Positions 16,654 through 27,852 of a stretch of DNA of 44,953 nucleotides are shown here, one piece after another; position 1 is the first letter of the stretch; each line of letters opens with the position of its first letter. The position numbers were made by a program, and so were the translations under genes. The DNA comes from Geobacteraceae bacterium (GTDB lineage: Bacteria; Desulfobacterota; Desulfuromonadia; Geobacterales; Geobacteraceae). The notes beneath the pieces were generated by a model. It did not search any database, had not been told where the DNA came from, and saw nothing but the letters and a program-made list of their open reading frames with translations. The stretch is taken from assembly GCA_028683595.1 (NCBI GenBank), contig JAQUHM010000001.1, positions 1-44,953 on the forward strand. The letters run 5' to 3'.

Positions 16654-17454
16654 TTGATTGCTCTTCCTATTCTCCTTGTTTTTATACTGAAAACCGGAGT
16701 TTTTTCGTTCTTCTTCTTGATTCTGGGACTAACAGCAGCAGGTCTCCTCGAGTTTTACCGGATGGCACTTCCCCAGCGGCGTTACGCCGGCTTTGTTGCG
16801 GCCTTTGCCGGGGCGCTCCTTTTACCTGCTGTCGTTTCCAATTTTTTACCATCATTTTTACCGGTTGATGTATTCAATCGCTTGCCATTTCCACTCTGTC
16901 TGACCCTGCTGTTTCTCTTTATAGCCCTCTTGTCTCTTTTTACCATCAGGGATATCAAGCAGTCTGCCGGAGACGCGGGGTTGTTTCTCCTTGGGTTTCT
17001 CTACCTTCCCTTGCTCATGAGCTATCTGGTCTTGCTGCGGGAGATGGACCACGGGGTCAAGTGGATATTCCTGCTGCTGCTTATAGTCATGTCCGGAGAT
17101 ACTGCGGCATTTTACGTGGGCAGCAATCTCGGGAAAAGGAAACTTTATCCGATTGTGAGTCCCAACAAGAGCGTGGAAGGTATGCTTGGAGGATTGGGAG
17201 GCAGTATCATCGGAACGCTCCTTGCCGGAGCAACCTTCTTTCCGGAGCTTACCATTGTGGGTGCTGTCGCGACTGCACTCTTTGTGGGGCTTCTGGGGCA
17301 ACTGGGAGACCTGTTTGAATCTCTGCTAAAGCGGAGCTTCGGCGTAAAGGATTCCGGCAATATATTTCCCGGGCACGGTGGAATGCTGGACCGACTGGAT
17401 AGTGTTCTTTTTGCTGCACCATCCCTGTATCTCTATGCTCGATACTTTTTCTGA
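16654..17454 (+). CDS. cdsA: Phosphatidate cytidylyltransferase
   Basis: CTP-transferase signature SLLKRSFGVKDSGNIFPGHGGMLDRLDS. The start is uncertain: TTG 16654 from the track, or a possible ATC at 16633 that sits 5 nt after GAGGAGG. Confidence 0.9.
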   Translation: MIALPILLVFILKTGVFSFFFLILGLTAAGLLEFYRMALPQRRYAGFVAAFAGALLLPAVVSNFLPSFLPVDVFNRLPFPLCLTLLFLFIALLSLFTIRDIKQSAGDAGLFLLGFLYLPLLMSYLVLLREMDHGVKWIFLLLLIVMSGDTAAFYVGSNLGKRKLYPIVSPNKSVEGMLGGLGGSIIGTLLAGATFFPELTIVGAVATALFVGLLGQLGDLFESLLKRSFGVKDSGNIFPGHGGMLDRLDSVLFAAPSLYLYARYFF

Positions 17455-17728
17455 TTGATACCGTTTTTCTTGTCTGCGGAGTTTGTCCAGACGGAAAAAC
17501 TGTCTCGTCAAATGCCCCCGTTAGCCAGAAAGCCTGTTCATACCAGATAAAGCTACGTGGGCGCTGTTTGCAGTTCATTTTTTATCTTTTCTAATTTTTG
17601 AGAAGGCAGTACTCAGAGCACGGGACATTCCTTGCAAAACGTATGTTTTGCTGGCAATAGGCAAAGGATTGCATTATTACTATTATTTGCCATTACCCTG
17701 CCTGAATGAGAATCTGTCGAGGATTACT

Positions 17729-18880
17729 ATGAAGAGGCTTACCATACTTGGTTCAACCGGTTCAATTGGTGTCAGCACCCTGGAAATTGTTGCTGCCCAT
17801 CGTGATAAGTTCGAGATTGTTGCCCTGACGGGTGGGAAGAATCTGCAGCTCCTGAAGAAACAGATTGAAGAGTTTTCTCCACAGGTGGCTGCAGTGATTT
17901 CCGAGGAATCGGCAATCGCGCTGCGCAAGATGCTTCCCGGTGTGAAAACGGAGATTCTCCACGGAGTCCCGGGAATGATAGCAGCGGCTTGCGCTGAGGA
18001 TGCTACCATGGTAGTTGCTGCTATCGTGGGTGCCGCCGGACTTGTTCCGACAGTTGCGGCGATCAGGGCAGGCAAGGATATTGCACTTGCCAACAAGGAG
18101 ACCCTTGTTACAGCCGGTCATTTGATTATGGACATGATTAAAGAACAGGGTGTTCAGCTGTTTCCGGTCGACAGTGAGCACAGTGCCATCTTTCAGTCAC
18201 TCCAGGGGCATCGGTCTGATGATGTGAAACGGATTATTCTAACCGCTTCCGGGGGACCGTTTTCCCAGTACCCGCTCGATAAACTGAAGGAAGTTTCCAT
18301 TGCTGATGCCCTGAATCATCCCAATTGGTGCATGGGGCGGAAGATTACGATAGACTCGGCAACAATGATGAACAAGGGCCTTGAGGTTATTGAAGCAAAA
18401 TGGTTGTTCGACCTGCCCCTTGACAGGATTTCTGTTGTAATCCATCCTCAGAGCATCATCCATTCGCTGGTGGAATACGTTGACGGGTGTGTCATTGCGC
18501 AATTGGGGGTTCCCGACATGAAAGCTCCTATTGCCTATGCCCTAACCTATCCTGAAAGGGTAGCGACCGGGGTACGTGGCCTTGACCTGACGGCAATTGC
18601 TTCTTTGAACTTTTTCGAGCCGGACCTCCAGCGCTTTCCCGCTTTACAACTGGCGTACCGTGCTGCTGGAGACGGTGAAAGCATGCCCGCGGTCATGAAC
18701 GCCGCAAATGAGGTGGCAGTTGATGCATTCCTTGCCGGAAAAATAAAATTCACCGATATCGCACTGCTTATCGAAAAAACGATGAGTGCCCATGATGCCC
18801 ATTCCCTCGGTTCCATTGAGGAGGTTATGAGCGCTGACCTCTGGGGTAGAAAGAAAACTAGAGAACTGCTTGGCCTGTAG
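17729..18880 (+). CDS. dxr: 1-deoxy-D-xylulose-5-phosphate reductoisomerase
   Basis: [21 protein letters not shown].. with conserved ..NKGLEVIEA... The ORF-track start at 17648 is too far upstream. Confidence 0.95.
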   Translation: MKRLTILGSTGSIGVSTLEIVAAHRDKFEIVALTGGKNLQLLKKQIEEFSPQVAAVISEESAIALRKMLPGVKTEILHGVPGMIAAACAEDATMVVAAIVGAAGLVPTVAAIRAGKDIALANKETLVTAGHLIMDMIKEQGVQLFPVDSEHSAIFQSLQGHRSDDVKRIILTASGGPFSQYPLDKLKEVSIADALNHPNWCMGRKITIDSATMMNKGLEVIEAKWLFDLPLDRISVVIHPQSIIHSLVEYVDGCVIAQLGVPDMKAPIAYALTYPERVATGVRGLDLTAIASLNFFEPDLQRFPALQLAYRAAGDGESMPAVMNAANEVAVDAFLAGKIKFTDIALLIEKTMSAHDAHSLGSIEEVMSADLWGRKKTRELLGL

Positions 18881-18889
18881 GGAGAACGC

Positions 18890-19960
18890 ATGATTATAAG
18901 CATACTGTCCGCCATTGTTGTCCTCGGAATACTAATATTTGTCCATGAACTTGGCCATTTTCTCTTTGCGAAATATTTCGGCGTAGGAGTTGAAGCCTTT
19001 TCGCTGGGATTTGGCCCCAAGATCTACGCCAAGAAGGTCGGTGAAACCGAATACCGTATTTCTGCGTTTCCTCTTGGCGGTTATGTGAAGATGATCGGTG
19101 AGAACCTGGATGATGAGCTTCCAGCTGAAGATGCCGATCGCTCCTTTATGGCTAAAACGCCACTGCGACGAATGGCAATCGTGGCTGCCGGGCCTTGCTT
19201 CAATCTTATGTTTGCGTATCTGGTCTTCATTGTTGTCTGCATGATCGGTATCCCCACGGCGACTTCGAAGATCGGGGAGGTACTGAAGGATAAACCGGCA
19301 GCGCGTGCCGGGCTCAAAGCAGGGGACCGGGTCACGAGTATCAACGGCCAGCCGGTAAGCCGCTGGAATGATCTTGCTCAGCTGATTTCAGAAGGTAGTG
19401 GCAAGCCCGTTGATCTTACGGTAGTGCGGGATGGCAAAACCTTTTCTGTCAAAGTTTCTCCTGAAATGCGCACTGCGAAAAACCTGCTTGGCGAGACAAT
19501 TACCTCTCCAGCCATAGGCGTAATGGTTTCAAAAGAGTTCGTCACCGAGAGAGTGGGTCCTCTTGATGCAATAGTCAAAGGAAGCGAGCACACCTGGAAT
19601 GTTACGAAGTTGACGGTTGTTGCCGTGGGCAAGATCTTCACCGGCTCCATTTCAGTGGATAATATCGGCGGACCGATCATGATAGCCAAAACGGCCGGCG
19701 ATCAGGCCAGAACGGGACTTGTCTACTTCCTTTCGTTCATGGCTCTGTTAAGCATCAATCTCGGGCTTCTCAATCTTTTGCCTGTCCCGATACTTGATGG
19801 TGGCCACCTGGTTTTTTATTTCTGGGAAATGATTACGGGAAATCCGGTCAACCTGAAGGCCCGGGAAGTAGCACAGCAGATCGGCCTAGTGCTGCTCGTT
19901 GGGCTCATGGTGCTTGCCTTCTATAACGATATAGCCAGATACTTGCTCGGACAGGGTTGA
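18890..19960 (+). CDS. rseP: RIP zinc metalloprotease RseP
   Basis: HELGHF motif, central PDZ region (GLKAGDRVTSINGQPV) and C-terminal NLLPVPILDGGH. Confidence 0.93.
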   Translation: MIISILSAIVVLGILIFVHELGHFLFAKYFGVGVEAFSLGFGPKIYAKKVGETEYRISAFPLGGYVKMIGENLDDELPAEDADRSFMAKTPLRRMAIVAAGPCFNLMFAYLVFIVVCMIGIPTATSKIGEVLKDKPAARAGLKAGDRVTSINGQPVSRWNDLAQLISEGSGKPVDLTVVRDGKTFSVKVSPEMRTAKNLLGETITSPAIGVMVSKEFVTERVGPLDAIVKGSEHTWNVTKLTVVAVGKIFTGSISVDNIGGPIMIAKTAGDQARTGLVYFLSFMALLSINLGLLNLLPVPILDGGHLVFYFWEMITGNPVNLKAREVAQQIGLVLLVGLMVLAFYNDIARYLLGQG

Positions 19961-19961
19961 T

Positions 19962-20657
19962 GTGAAGATCCTTACTATTGATACTTCCACAACGACAAAC
20001 AGTGTAGCTCTTACGGTGGATGGGCGTCTTCTGGCGGAATACATTGTCAATCCGGACCGAAATCATTCTTCCAGTCTCATGTATGGACTTGACATGGTTT
20101 TAAGAGATTCCGGAGTTACGATAGACGAATTGGATGCCATTGGGGTTTCGCTGGGTCCAGGGTCTTTTACGGGCCTGCGGGTCGGCATTGCGACCGCAAA
20201 GGGGTTGGCCCTTGCCTCGGGGAAACCAGTTGTTGCCTTTTCCTCTCTTGCTATGCTTGCCATGAACCTTCCTTACGCCGCCTTTCCGGTTTGTACCATG
20301 TTCGACGCGAAAAAAAATGAGGTGTATGCTGCACTTTACAGCTGTAAAGAATTGCCGGAAACCCTGCTTGCCGAATGTGTCGTGCCGCCTGCAGATTTCC
20401 TTGCCCGGGTTCGGGTTCCAACCCTGTTTGTCGGCAGCGGTGCACTGCGATACCGTGATCTGATTGTGGAAACTTTAGGCGAACGTGCCATTTTTGCTCC
20501 GTCGGTATGCCATCAGCCACGTGCATCGGCAGGGGCCTTCCTGGCAGCCGACCTGTTTGCCCGTGGAGAACTTGTTCCGTCTGCGGCGCTTGTCCCCTCG
20601 TATTTGCGGGCATCCGAGGCGGAGTTGGCCCGTATGAAAAAGGAATCAGAGGCATAA
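19962..20657 (+). CDS. tsaB: tRNA t6A biosynthesis protein TsaB (YeaZ)
   Basis: GTG start. KILTIDTST...GPGSFTGLRVGIATAKGLA. 231 aa. Confidence 0.85.
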   Translation: MKILTIDTSTTTNSVALTVDGRLLAEYIVNPDRNHSSSLMYGLDMVLRDSGVTIDELDAIGVSLGPGSFTGLRVGIATAKGLALASGKPVVAFSSLAMLAMNLPYAAFPVCTMFDAKKNEVYAALYSCKELPETLLAECVVPPADFLARVRVPTLFVGSGALRYRDLIVETLGERAIFAPSVCHQPRASAGAFLAADLFARGELVPSAALVPSYLRASEAELARMKKESEA

Positions 20658-20675
20658 AGGCTTGGTTCCTCAGTA

Positions 20676-20704
20676 TTGACAGTGATGGACGAATGTATTA
20701 AGGT
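20676..20704 (+). promoter_or_regulatory. Possible sigma70 promoter for the ilv genes
   Basis: TTGACA (20676-20681), 17-nt spacer, TAAGGT (20699-20704), 50 nt upstream of ilvD. Confidence 0.35.
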
Positions 20705-20753
20705 ACCTTTTTATTCCCTTAAAAAAGGGACTTGACTCAAGAGGTTTGAAAAT

Positions 20754-22415
20754 ATGCGTAGTGACATGATAACACAAGGACTTGAGCGGACACCTCATCG
20801 TGCCCTTCTGAAAGGTGCCGGTGTACCTCAGAGTGAGATGGAGAAACCCTTCATCGGCATTGCCACCAGCTTTACCGACCTGATTCCGGGGCACGTAGGT
20901 ATGCGGGATCTCGAGCGTTTTATCGAAAAAGGCGTGCATACCGGTGGCGGCTATTCTTTTTTCTTCGGCATACCCGGAGTGTGTGACGGTATTGCCATGG
21001 GGCATAAGGGGATGCATTATTCTCTTCCGACCCGTGAGCTTATTGCAGACATGGTGGAGTCGGTAGCAGAGGCGCATCGCCTTGACGGTCTGGTACTTCT
21101 TACCAATTGTGACAAAATTACTCCGGGGATGCTGATGGCTGCTGCCCGGCTCAATATTCCCTCTATTGTAGTAACTGCCGGTCCGATGCTGTCCGGACGT
21201 GGTTTTGATGGCCGACGGTACTCGTTTGTCACCGACACTTTTGAGGCAATGGCCCGTTACAAGGCCGGAGTTATCGATGGCAAGGAGCTTCAGGCCTGTG
21301 AAGACAACGCCTGTCCAGGTGTCGGTTCCTGCCAGGGGCTTTTTACTGCCAACACCATGGCTATCCTGACGGAAACCCTTGGCATGAGTCTTCCCCGTTG
21401 TGGAACAGCTCTTGCCGTTTCGGCCCTCAAGCGTAGAATAGCCTTTGCTTCCGGAGAAAAAATCGTTGATCTGGTCAGGAATCAGGTAACACCCCGCCAG
21501 ATATTGACTCGCGAGGCATTTGAAAATGCAATCCGCGTTGATCTTGCCCTTGGCGGATCGTCGAACACGGTGCTGCACATGCTTGCCATTGCCCGTGAAG
21601 CCGGTGTTGATCTACCCCTTGAGACCTTCGACATTTTATCTCGTGAGACTCCACAACTTGCTTCCATGAATCCGGCAGGTGGGCATTTCATGGAAGACCT
21701 TGATGTTGCCGGAGGGGTTCTCGGTGTGCTGAAGCAGCTTGGTGAGAAGGTGAAAGACAGTCAGACGGTCATGGGGCTTTCTACTCTTCAGCTGGTATCA
21801 GGGATAGACAAGGTGGATGAGTCTGTGATTCATCCTCTGGACAAGCCGGTGAAGAAAGAAGGTGGCATTGCTGTCCTCTTTGGGAATCTGGCCCCTAAGG
21901 GTGCTGTCGTCAAGCAGTCGGGTGTTTCTGAAAAAATGATGCAATTTACCGGAACGGCCCGCTGCTTTAATTCGGAAGAAGAGGCTATGGCGGCACTCAT
22001 GGAAGGCGGGATTGTTTCCGGGAATGTTGTCGTGATACGCTATGAAGGCCCGAAGGGCGGCCCCGGAATGAGAGAGATTCTGGCGCCTACTGCTGCACTC
22101 ATGGGACTTGGTCTCGGAGATTCGGTTGCGCTTATTACTGACGGACGTTTTTCCGGCGGAACGCGGGGCCCCTGTATCGGTCATATTTCTCCTGAGGCGA
22201 TGGAAGGCGGGCCGATTGCCCTGGTAGAAGAGGGTGATCAGATTGTGCTCGATATCCCGAATCGCAAGCTGGAACTCCTTGTGGACGAAGGGACACTGGA
22301 GCAACGTCTAAGCGCTTGGCAGCGTCCGGAGCCGAAAATCAAGAGCGGTTGGCTGTCACGGTATGCCAAGGTGGTAACCTCGGCCTATACGGGAGCGATC
22401 ACCACCGGCGACTAA
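20754..22415 (+). CDS. ilvD: Dihydroxy-acid dehydratase
   Basis: 553 aa with ..[14 protein letters not shown].., ..[10 protein letters not shown]. Confidence 0.95.
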   Translation: MRSDMITQGLERTPHRALLKGAGVPQSEMEKPFIGIATSFTDLIPGHVGMRDLERFIEKGVHTGGGYSFFFGIPGVCDGIAMGHKGMHYSLPTRELIADMVESVAEAHRLDGLVLLTNCDKITPGMLMAAARLNIPSIVVTAGPMLSGRGFDGRRYSFVTDTFEAMARYKAGVIDGKELQACEDNACPGVGSCQGLFTANTMAILTETLGMSLPRCGTALAVSALKRRIAFASGEKIVDLVRNQVTPRQILTREAFENAIRVDLALGGSSNTVLHMLAIAREAGVDLPLETFDILSRETPQLASMNPAGGHFMEDLDVAGGVLGVLKQLGEKVKDSQTVMGLSTLQLVSGIDKVDESVIHPLDKPVKKEGGIAVLFGNLAPKGAVVKQSGVSEKMMQFTGTARCFNSEEEAMAALMEGGIVSGNVVVIRYEGPKGGPGMREILAPTAALMGLGLGDSVALITDGRFSGGTRGPCIGHISPEAMEGGPIALVEEGDQIVLDIPNRKLELLVDEGTLEQRLSAWQRPEPKIKSGWLSRYAKVVTSAYTGAITTGD

Positions 22416-22487
22416 TGGACACTCTTTTTCCTGATGGTGGAAGGAGCTTCTGTTCCTTGTGCCCAACTCCTATCGGGGGGTTATTGT

Positions 22488-24188
22488 ATGAAACTCGCAG
22501 GTGCGAGAATATTGCTGGAATGCCTTAAGCTGGAGGGTGTAGACACGGTCTTCGGCTATCCCGGAGGCACGGTCATCAATATTTACGATGAACTTTACTC
22601 CTTTCCGGAAATTCGGCATATTTTACCACGACATGAACAGGCAGCGGTCCATGCAGCTGACGGTTTTGCCCGGGCGAGCGGCAAAGTAGGTGTTGCTATT
22701 GCGACATCCGGACCGGGTGCTACCAATACGGTCACCGGTATTGCAACTGCTTACATGGACTCCATTCCACTGGTTGTCATAACCGGTCAGGTCCCAACGG
22801 CGCTTATCGGTAATGACGCATTCCAGGAAGTGGATATTATCGGCATTACCCGGCCATGCACGAAGCACAATTTCCTGGTAAAGAATGTCAAGGAACTTGC
22901 AGGAATTATTAAAAAAGCCTTCTACATAGCCCGTACCGGCCGTCCCGGCCCGGTTCTTATCGATCTGCCCAAAGACGTACAGGTTGCCGTAGCTGACTTC
23001 AAATATCCTGACAAAATCGAGATGCGAAGTTACAAGCCGACCGTTGAGGGGCATTCGAAACAGATTGAGAAGGCCGCCTCCATGATTCTTGCGGCCAAGA
23101 AACCGGTGCTCTATGTTGGCGGTGGGGTTATTCTCGGCAACGCCTATGACGAATTACGTCAACTGGCCGAGATACTTCATGCCCCGGTTACCACGACTCT
23201 CATTGGTCTTGGTTCTTTCCCGGAGGACAGTCCGCTTTCTCTCGGACTTCTCGGTATGCATGGTACCTATTACGCGAATATGGCAGTTACCAACTGTGAT
23301 CTTCTTGTGGCTGTCGGAGCTCGCTTCGATGACCGTGTTACCGGGAAAATCCCTGCTTTTGCTCCCCATGCCAAGATAATTCATATGGATGTGGATCCCA
23401 CTTCCATCAGAAAGAACGTCCGAGTCGATCTGCCGATCGTCGGCTCAGTTCAGGGAGTTTTGGACAAGCTTCTGAGAATGCTTGAGGATCACCGCGAGGG
23501 AGTCGAGGCTTTCAGGACTGCCGTGAAACCATGGCTTGCAGAAATCGATGGCTGGAAGGCAAAACATCCTTTATCGTATAAAGAGTCTTCAGAGGTCATC
23601 AAGCCCCAGTCGGTCATCCGAAAGCTTCGCGAACTCTGTGATCCGGACGCTATCATAGCCACCGATGTGGGACAGCATCAGATGTGGACTGCACAGTTCT
23701 TTACCTTTACCAAGCCTCGCACACTTCTCACTTCGGGTGGCCTGGGTACAATGGGATACGGCCTTCCCGCCGCAATGGGAGCTCAGGCTGCATTTGCCGG
23801 ACGCCAGGTGATAGCTATCTGCGGTGATGGCGGTTTCCAAATGAATCTGCAGGAATTGGCAACTCTGGTGCAAAATAAGCTGCCGGTAAAAATCTGTATT
23901 ATGAATAATAACTATCTCGGTATGGTTCGACAGTGGCAAGAGCTATTCTTTGGGAAACGCTATTCGCAGACTGTTCTGGATCTCCCGATCGATTTCGTCA
24001 AATTGGCTGAAGCTTTCGGGGCGACAGGCTTTACCGTATCAAAACCGGAGGAGTTAGAGGCGACCATTCGGAAGGGATTGGCAACCCCTGGTCCGGTTAT
24101 CATGGAGTTCAAGATAGCACGGGAGGAGCAGGTTCTTCCCATGGTTCCTGCAGGCGCTTCCCTTGATGAAATGGTTCTTGCATCGTGA
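22488..24188 (+). CDS. ilvB: Acetolactate synthase large subunit
   Basis: MKLAGARILLECLKLEGVDTVFGYPGG.. and TPP motif GDGGFQMNLQELAT..NN. Start moved from 22434 to 22488. Confidence 0.95.
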   Translation: MKLAGARILLECLKLEGVDTVFGYPGGTVINIYDELYSFPEIRHILPRHEQAAVHAADGFARASGKVGVAIATSGPGATNTVTGIATAYMDSIPLVVITGQVPTALIGNDAFQEVDIIGITRPCTKHNFLVKNVKELAGIIKKAFYIARTGRPGPVLIDLPKDVQVAVADFKYPDKIEMRSYKPTVEGHSKQIEKAASMILAAKKPVLYVGGGVILGNAYDELRQLAEILHAPVTTTLIGLGSFPEDSPLSLGLLGMHGTYYANMAVTNCDLLVAVGARFDDRVTGKIPAFAPHAKIIHMDVDPTSIRKNVRVDLPIVGSVQGVLDKLLRMLEDHREGVEAFRTAVKPWLAEIDGWKAKHPLSYKESSEVIKPQSVIRKLRELCDPDAIIATDVGQHQMWTAQFFTFTKPRTLLTSGGLGTMGYGLPAAMGAQAAFAGRQVIAICGDGGFQMNLQELATLVQNKLPVKICIMNNNYLGMVRQWQELFFGKRYSQTVLDLPIDFVKLAEAFGATGFTVSKPEELEATIRKGLATPGPVIMEFKIAREEQVLPMVPAGASLDEMVLAS

Positions 24189-24249
24189 TCTGCCTGGAGA
24201 GGAGACTCTGCCACGACCTCTATTTCTCACGCATTGAGGAGACTTCCCC

Positions 24250-24741
24250 ATGAGACATACTATAACGGTACTTGTGGAAAATGAATTCGGCGTCCTGTCC
24301 CGTGTTGCAGGGCTCTTCTCCGGTCGAGGATTCAACATCGATTCTCTTTCGGTTGCTCCAACGAACGAGGAGTCAATCTCCCGGATGACAATCGTTACCC
24401 GCGGTGATGCACAGATTCTTGAACAGATTACCAAGCAACTCAATAAATTAATCGATGTTATCAAAGTTTTTGATTTCACCGATGCTAGTATCATCGAGCG
24501 GGAAATAGCACTTGTCAAGGTAACTGCAGAGGATGCCGACAGGGCCGAGGTGTTGAGGATTGTCGATATTTTCCGGGCAAATGTCATTGATGTAACACCG
24601 AAAACTTATACCATCGAGGTGACGGGGGCACCGTCAAAAATCGATGCGGTACTTGAATTGCTGCGACCGCTCGGTCTCAAGGAACTGGTGCGAACAGGGC
24701 CGGTTGCCATTGTTCGCGGCGCTAAAGGATGGAAAGGCTAG
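24250..24741 (+). CDS. ilvN: Acetolactate synthase small (regulatory) subunit
   Basis: ACT domain HTITVLVENEFGVLSRVAGLFSGRGFNIDSL. 163 aa. Confidence 0.93.
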   Translation: MRHTITVLVENEFGVLSRVAGLFSGRGFNIDSLSVAPTNEESISRMTIVTRGDAQILEQITKQLNKLIDVIKVFDFTDASIIEREIALVKVTAEDADRAEVLRIVDIFRANVIDVTPKTYTIEVTGAPSKIDAVLELLRPLGLKELVRTGPVAIVRGAKGWKG

Positions 24742-24784
24742 TTGGCCGATCCGGGGAAAAATACAGAAGGTATCGCCCCAATAA

Positions 24785-25831
<1,047 letters not shown>

Positions 25832-25852
25832 AGTAGATGCGAGATAAAGAGC

Positions 25853-25903
25853 GGCCGGATTCCGGATCATGGTTTATCCATGAGCCATATCCGGCCTTTC
25901 TTT
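25853..25903 (+). terminator. Probable terminator after ilvC
   Basis: Outer stem GGCCGGAT (25853-25860) / ATCCGGCC (25889-25896), inner helix ATCATGG/CCATGA, then TTTCTTT. Confidence 0.5.
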
Positions 25904-26098
25904 ATAAGCCGACGGTCCAAGAGTCTCTCGGACTTAGGGGGATTCTGCTGCAAACCCGTCTGGACGGTCCATAGTTCGCTGCTTTATTGGTTAACTGAAC
26001 TACTATTGCCCTGCAAAAACGGCAAAACTGTCCTCACCCAGCCGAATTTTCGCTTCGATTTCCTAAATCCGACAGGCTCCTATTGAGGTTAGTAAACA

Positions 26099-26740
26099 AT
26101 GCGAAATCAAAATACACCGATAGCCGTTGAAGGATACCCCTTTATTCTTGGGGCTGCTTTCGTAACTCTGGTTTTGGCACTGCTTTCATGGAAGATTCCT
26201 GCGCTTTTGGCGCTTGGAGTAACCTTTTTTATTGCATATTTTTTCCGGAATCCGCAACGTTGTACTCCGGAAGGGGAGACCCTTGTCGTTGCACCCGCTG
26301 ACGGCGTTGTCATTTATCTCGGGAATGTCACCGAAAAACATCTTGGCGAGGAGATGCTCAAGATCAGCATCTTCATGTCGGTTTTTAATGTGCACATCAA
26401 CCGTGTTCCCCTTTCGGGCAGGGTTCTGGACACGTTTTACGTTCGAGGAAAGTTCCTGGATGTCCGCGATGAAAAAGCCACCTTTGAAAATGAGCAAAGC
26501 GGCATGGTGCTGGAAACTGAAAAAGGTCAGAGGATGGTTGTTGTCCAGGTTGCCGGCCTCATTGCGCGGCGCATAATATCATATCCGGAAAAAGGGGATA
26601 TTCTCCGTCGAGGCTCACGGTACGGTTTGATCCGGTTCGGCTCCCGTCTTGATGTATTTCTGCCGAAAGATATCGATCTGAGGGTGGCGGTCGGCGACAG
26701 AACGGTGGCGGGTGAAACTGTTCTCGGGGATCTGCCATGA
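26099..26740 (+). CDS. psd: Phosphatidylserine decarboxylase proenzyme (short type)
   Basis: 213 aa. ..GLIRFGSRLDVFLP contains the G-S self-cleavage site. Confidence 0.88.
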   Translation: MRNQNTPIAVEGYPFILGAAFVTLVLALLSWKIPALLALGVTFFIAYFFRNPQRCTPEGETLVVAPADGVVIYLGNVTEKHLGEEMLKISIFMSVFNVHINRVPLSGRVLDTFYVRGKFLDVRDEKATFENEQSGMVLETEKGQRMVVVQVAGLIARRIISYPEKGDILRRGSRYGLIRFGSRLDVFLPKDIDLRVAVGDRTVAGETVLGDLP

Positions 26741-27552
26741 ACAGAGAAAGAAATGATGACTGTGCTAAAACTGATGCTAGGGAAAGAATCGATATGGCTG
26801 AGGGCATGAGGAAGGGTATCTACATTCTGCCAAACCTGTTTACCACCGGCAGTCTTTTTGCCGGGTTTTACGGAATTGTTGCCACAATGAACGGGAAGTT
26901 TGATGAAGCGGCACTCTGGATACTGGTAGCATCCGTTTTTGATGGACTTGATGGCAAAGTGGCGAGACTGACTGGAACCTCTTCCAAGTTCGGGGTTGAG
27001 TATGACTCCCTGGCCGACCTGGTAGCCTTTGGTGTGGCTCCCGGAATTCTCATGTACTCTTGGGCCTTGAAGCCCTTTGGGCGGCTTGGCTGGCTGGCGG
27101 CTTTCCTCTTTGTGGTCTGCGGCGCCCTTCGTCTTGCCCGGTTCAATGTTCAGGTCGCTACCGTGGAGAGCAAGCGTTTTGTCGGTTTGCCGATACCTGC
27201 GGCAGCCAGCATGGTTTCCGCGATGGTCCTCCTTTTTTACCATTTCGGCTGGCCCGGATCTTTCAAAAAGCTGGCAATTCTTCTGCTGATTTATCTCCTG
27301 GCATTCCTCATGGTGTCCAACTTCCGCTACTATTCCTTCAAGGATCCGAGCATTATCAAGCGGCAGCCCTTTATCTTCCTGGTGCTTGCCATTCTGTTGC
27401 TGATTATAATTGCCGCACAGCCGGTAGTGATGCTCTTCATTATCTTTATTTGCTATATCTTTTCCGGACCCATTTCGTATGTCATGACCTACCCGCGCAG
27501 AAGACGGCTGCAAAAAGCCCTGCACAAGAGAAAAATCGATGAAGGCCCTTGA
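26737..27552 (+). CDS. pssA: CDP-diacylglycerol--serine O-phosphatidyltransferase
   Basis: CDP-alcohol phosphatidyltransferase motif DGLDGKVARLTGTSSKFGVEYDSLADLV. ATGA overlap with psd; an alternative start is at 26794. Confidence 0.9.
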   Translation: MNRERNDDCAKTDARERIDMAEGMRKGIYILPNLFTTGSLFAGFYGIVATMNGKFDEAALWILVASVFDGLDGKVARLTGTSSKFGVEYDSLADLVAFGVAPGILMYSWALKPFGRLGWLAAFLFVVCGALRLARFNVQVATVESKRFVGLPIPAAASMVSAMVLLFYHFGWPGSFKKLAILLLIYLLAFLMVSNFRYYSFKDPSIIKRQPFIFLVLAILLLIIIAAQPVVMLFIIFICYIFSGPISYVMTYPRRRRLQKALHKRKIDEGP

Positions 27553-27595
27553 CAGCTGTGAAACGATCTCATATTATCTGTAAATAATTTTAAAA

Positions 27596-27826
27596 GGCTG
27601 TGAAGAGGAGTAGTAGTTCCCAATCTTTTCTCCAGAGAGCCGGTGGGTGGTGTGAACCGGTGTAAAGAGGGGGCGAACTCGCCTTGGAGCCGTTTCGGCG
27701 AACCTTATGTAGCCGAAGCCGTGTCCCTCGTTACGGGAGCAATGAGGTCCGCAAAAGCGGACGAATTAGGGTGGTATCGCGAAGCAAAGCCTTCGCCCCT
27801 TGTTGGGGCGGAGGCTTTTTTACTTT
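27596..27826 (+). promoter_or_regulatory. T-box riboswitch leader with Leu (CUC) specifier and terminator
   Basis: GA/K-turn-like GAAGAGGAGTAGTA at the base of stem I. AG bay AGAGAG (27634-27639) and distal-loop GGTGGTGTGAACC. Specifier context GAA-CTC-G (CTC at 27678-27680). T-box core AATTAGGGTGGTATCGCG (27764-27781) with UGGU, matching an A73 discriminator. Terminator AAAGCCTTCGCCCC/GGGGCGGAGGCTTT plus a T-run (27786-27821). Confidence 0.88.
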
Positions 27827-27852
27827 AACCGGTTTATTGAATGGAGGTTTTT

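Noticed and set aside
17640-17700. Sigma54 (-24/-12) promoter upstream of dxr
   Set aside because: The TGGCA and TTGCA elements are present, but the GG-to-GC spacing is 9 or 16 nt instead of the required 10, so the consensus geometry fails.
20670-21578. 302-aa ORF antisense to ilvD
   Set aside because: Same reasoning as above. It overlaps a highly conserved + strand gene, has a Gly/Arg/His-rich odd composition, and has no ribosome-binding site.
26527-27525. 332-aa ORF antisense to pssA and the end of psd
   Set aside because: Its composition is strongly biased (Gly/Lys/His/Gln runs), with no start context. The + strand pssA carries the full CDP-alcohol transferase signature.
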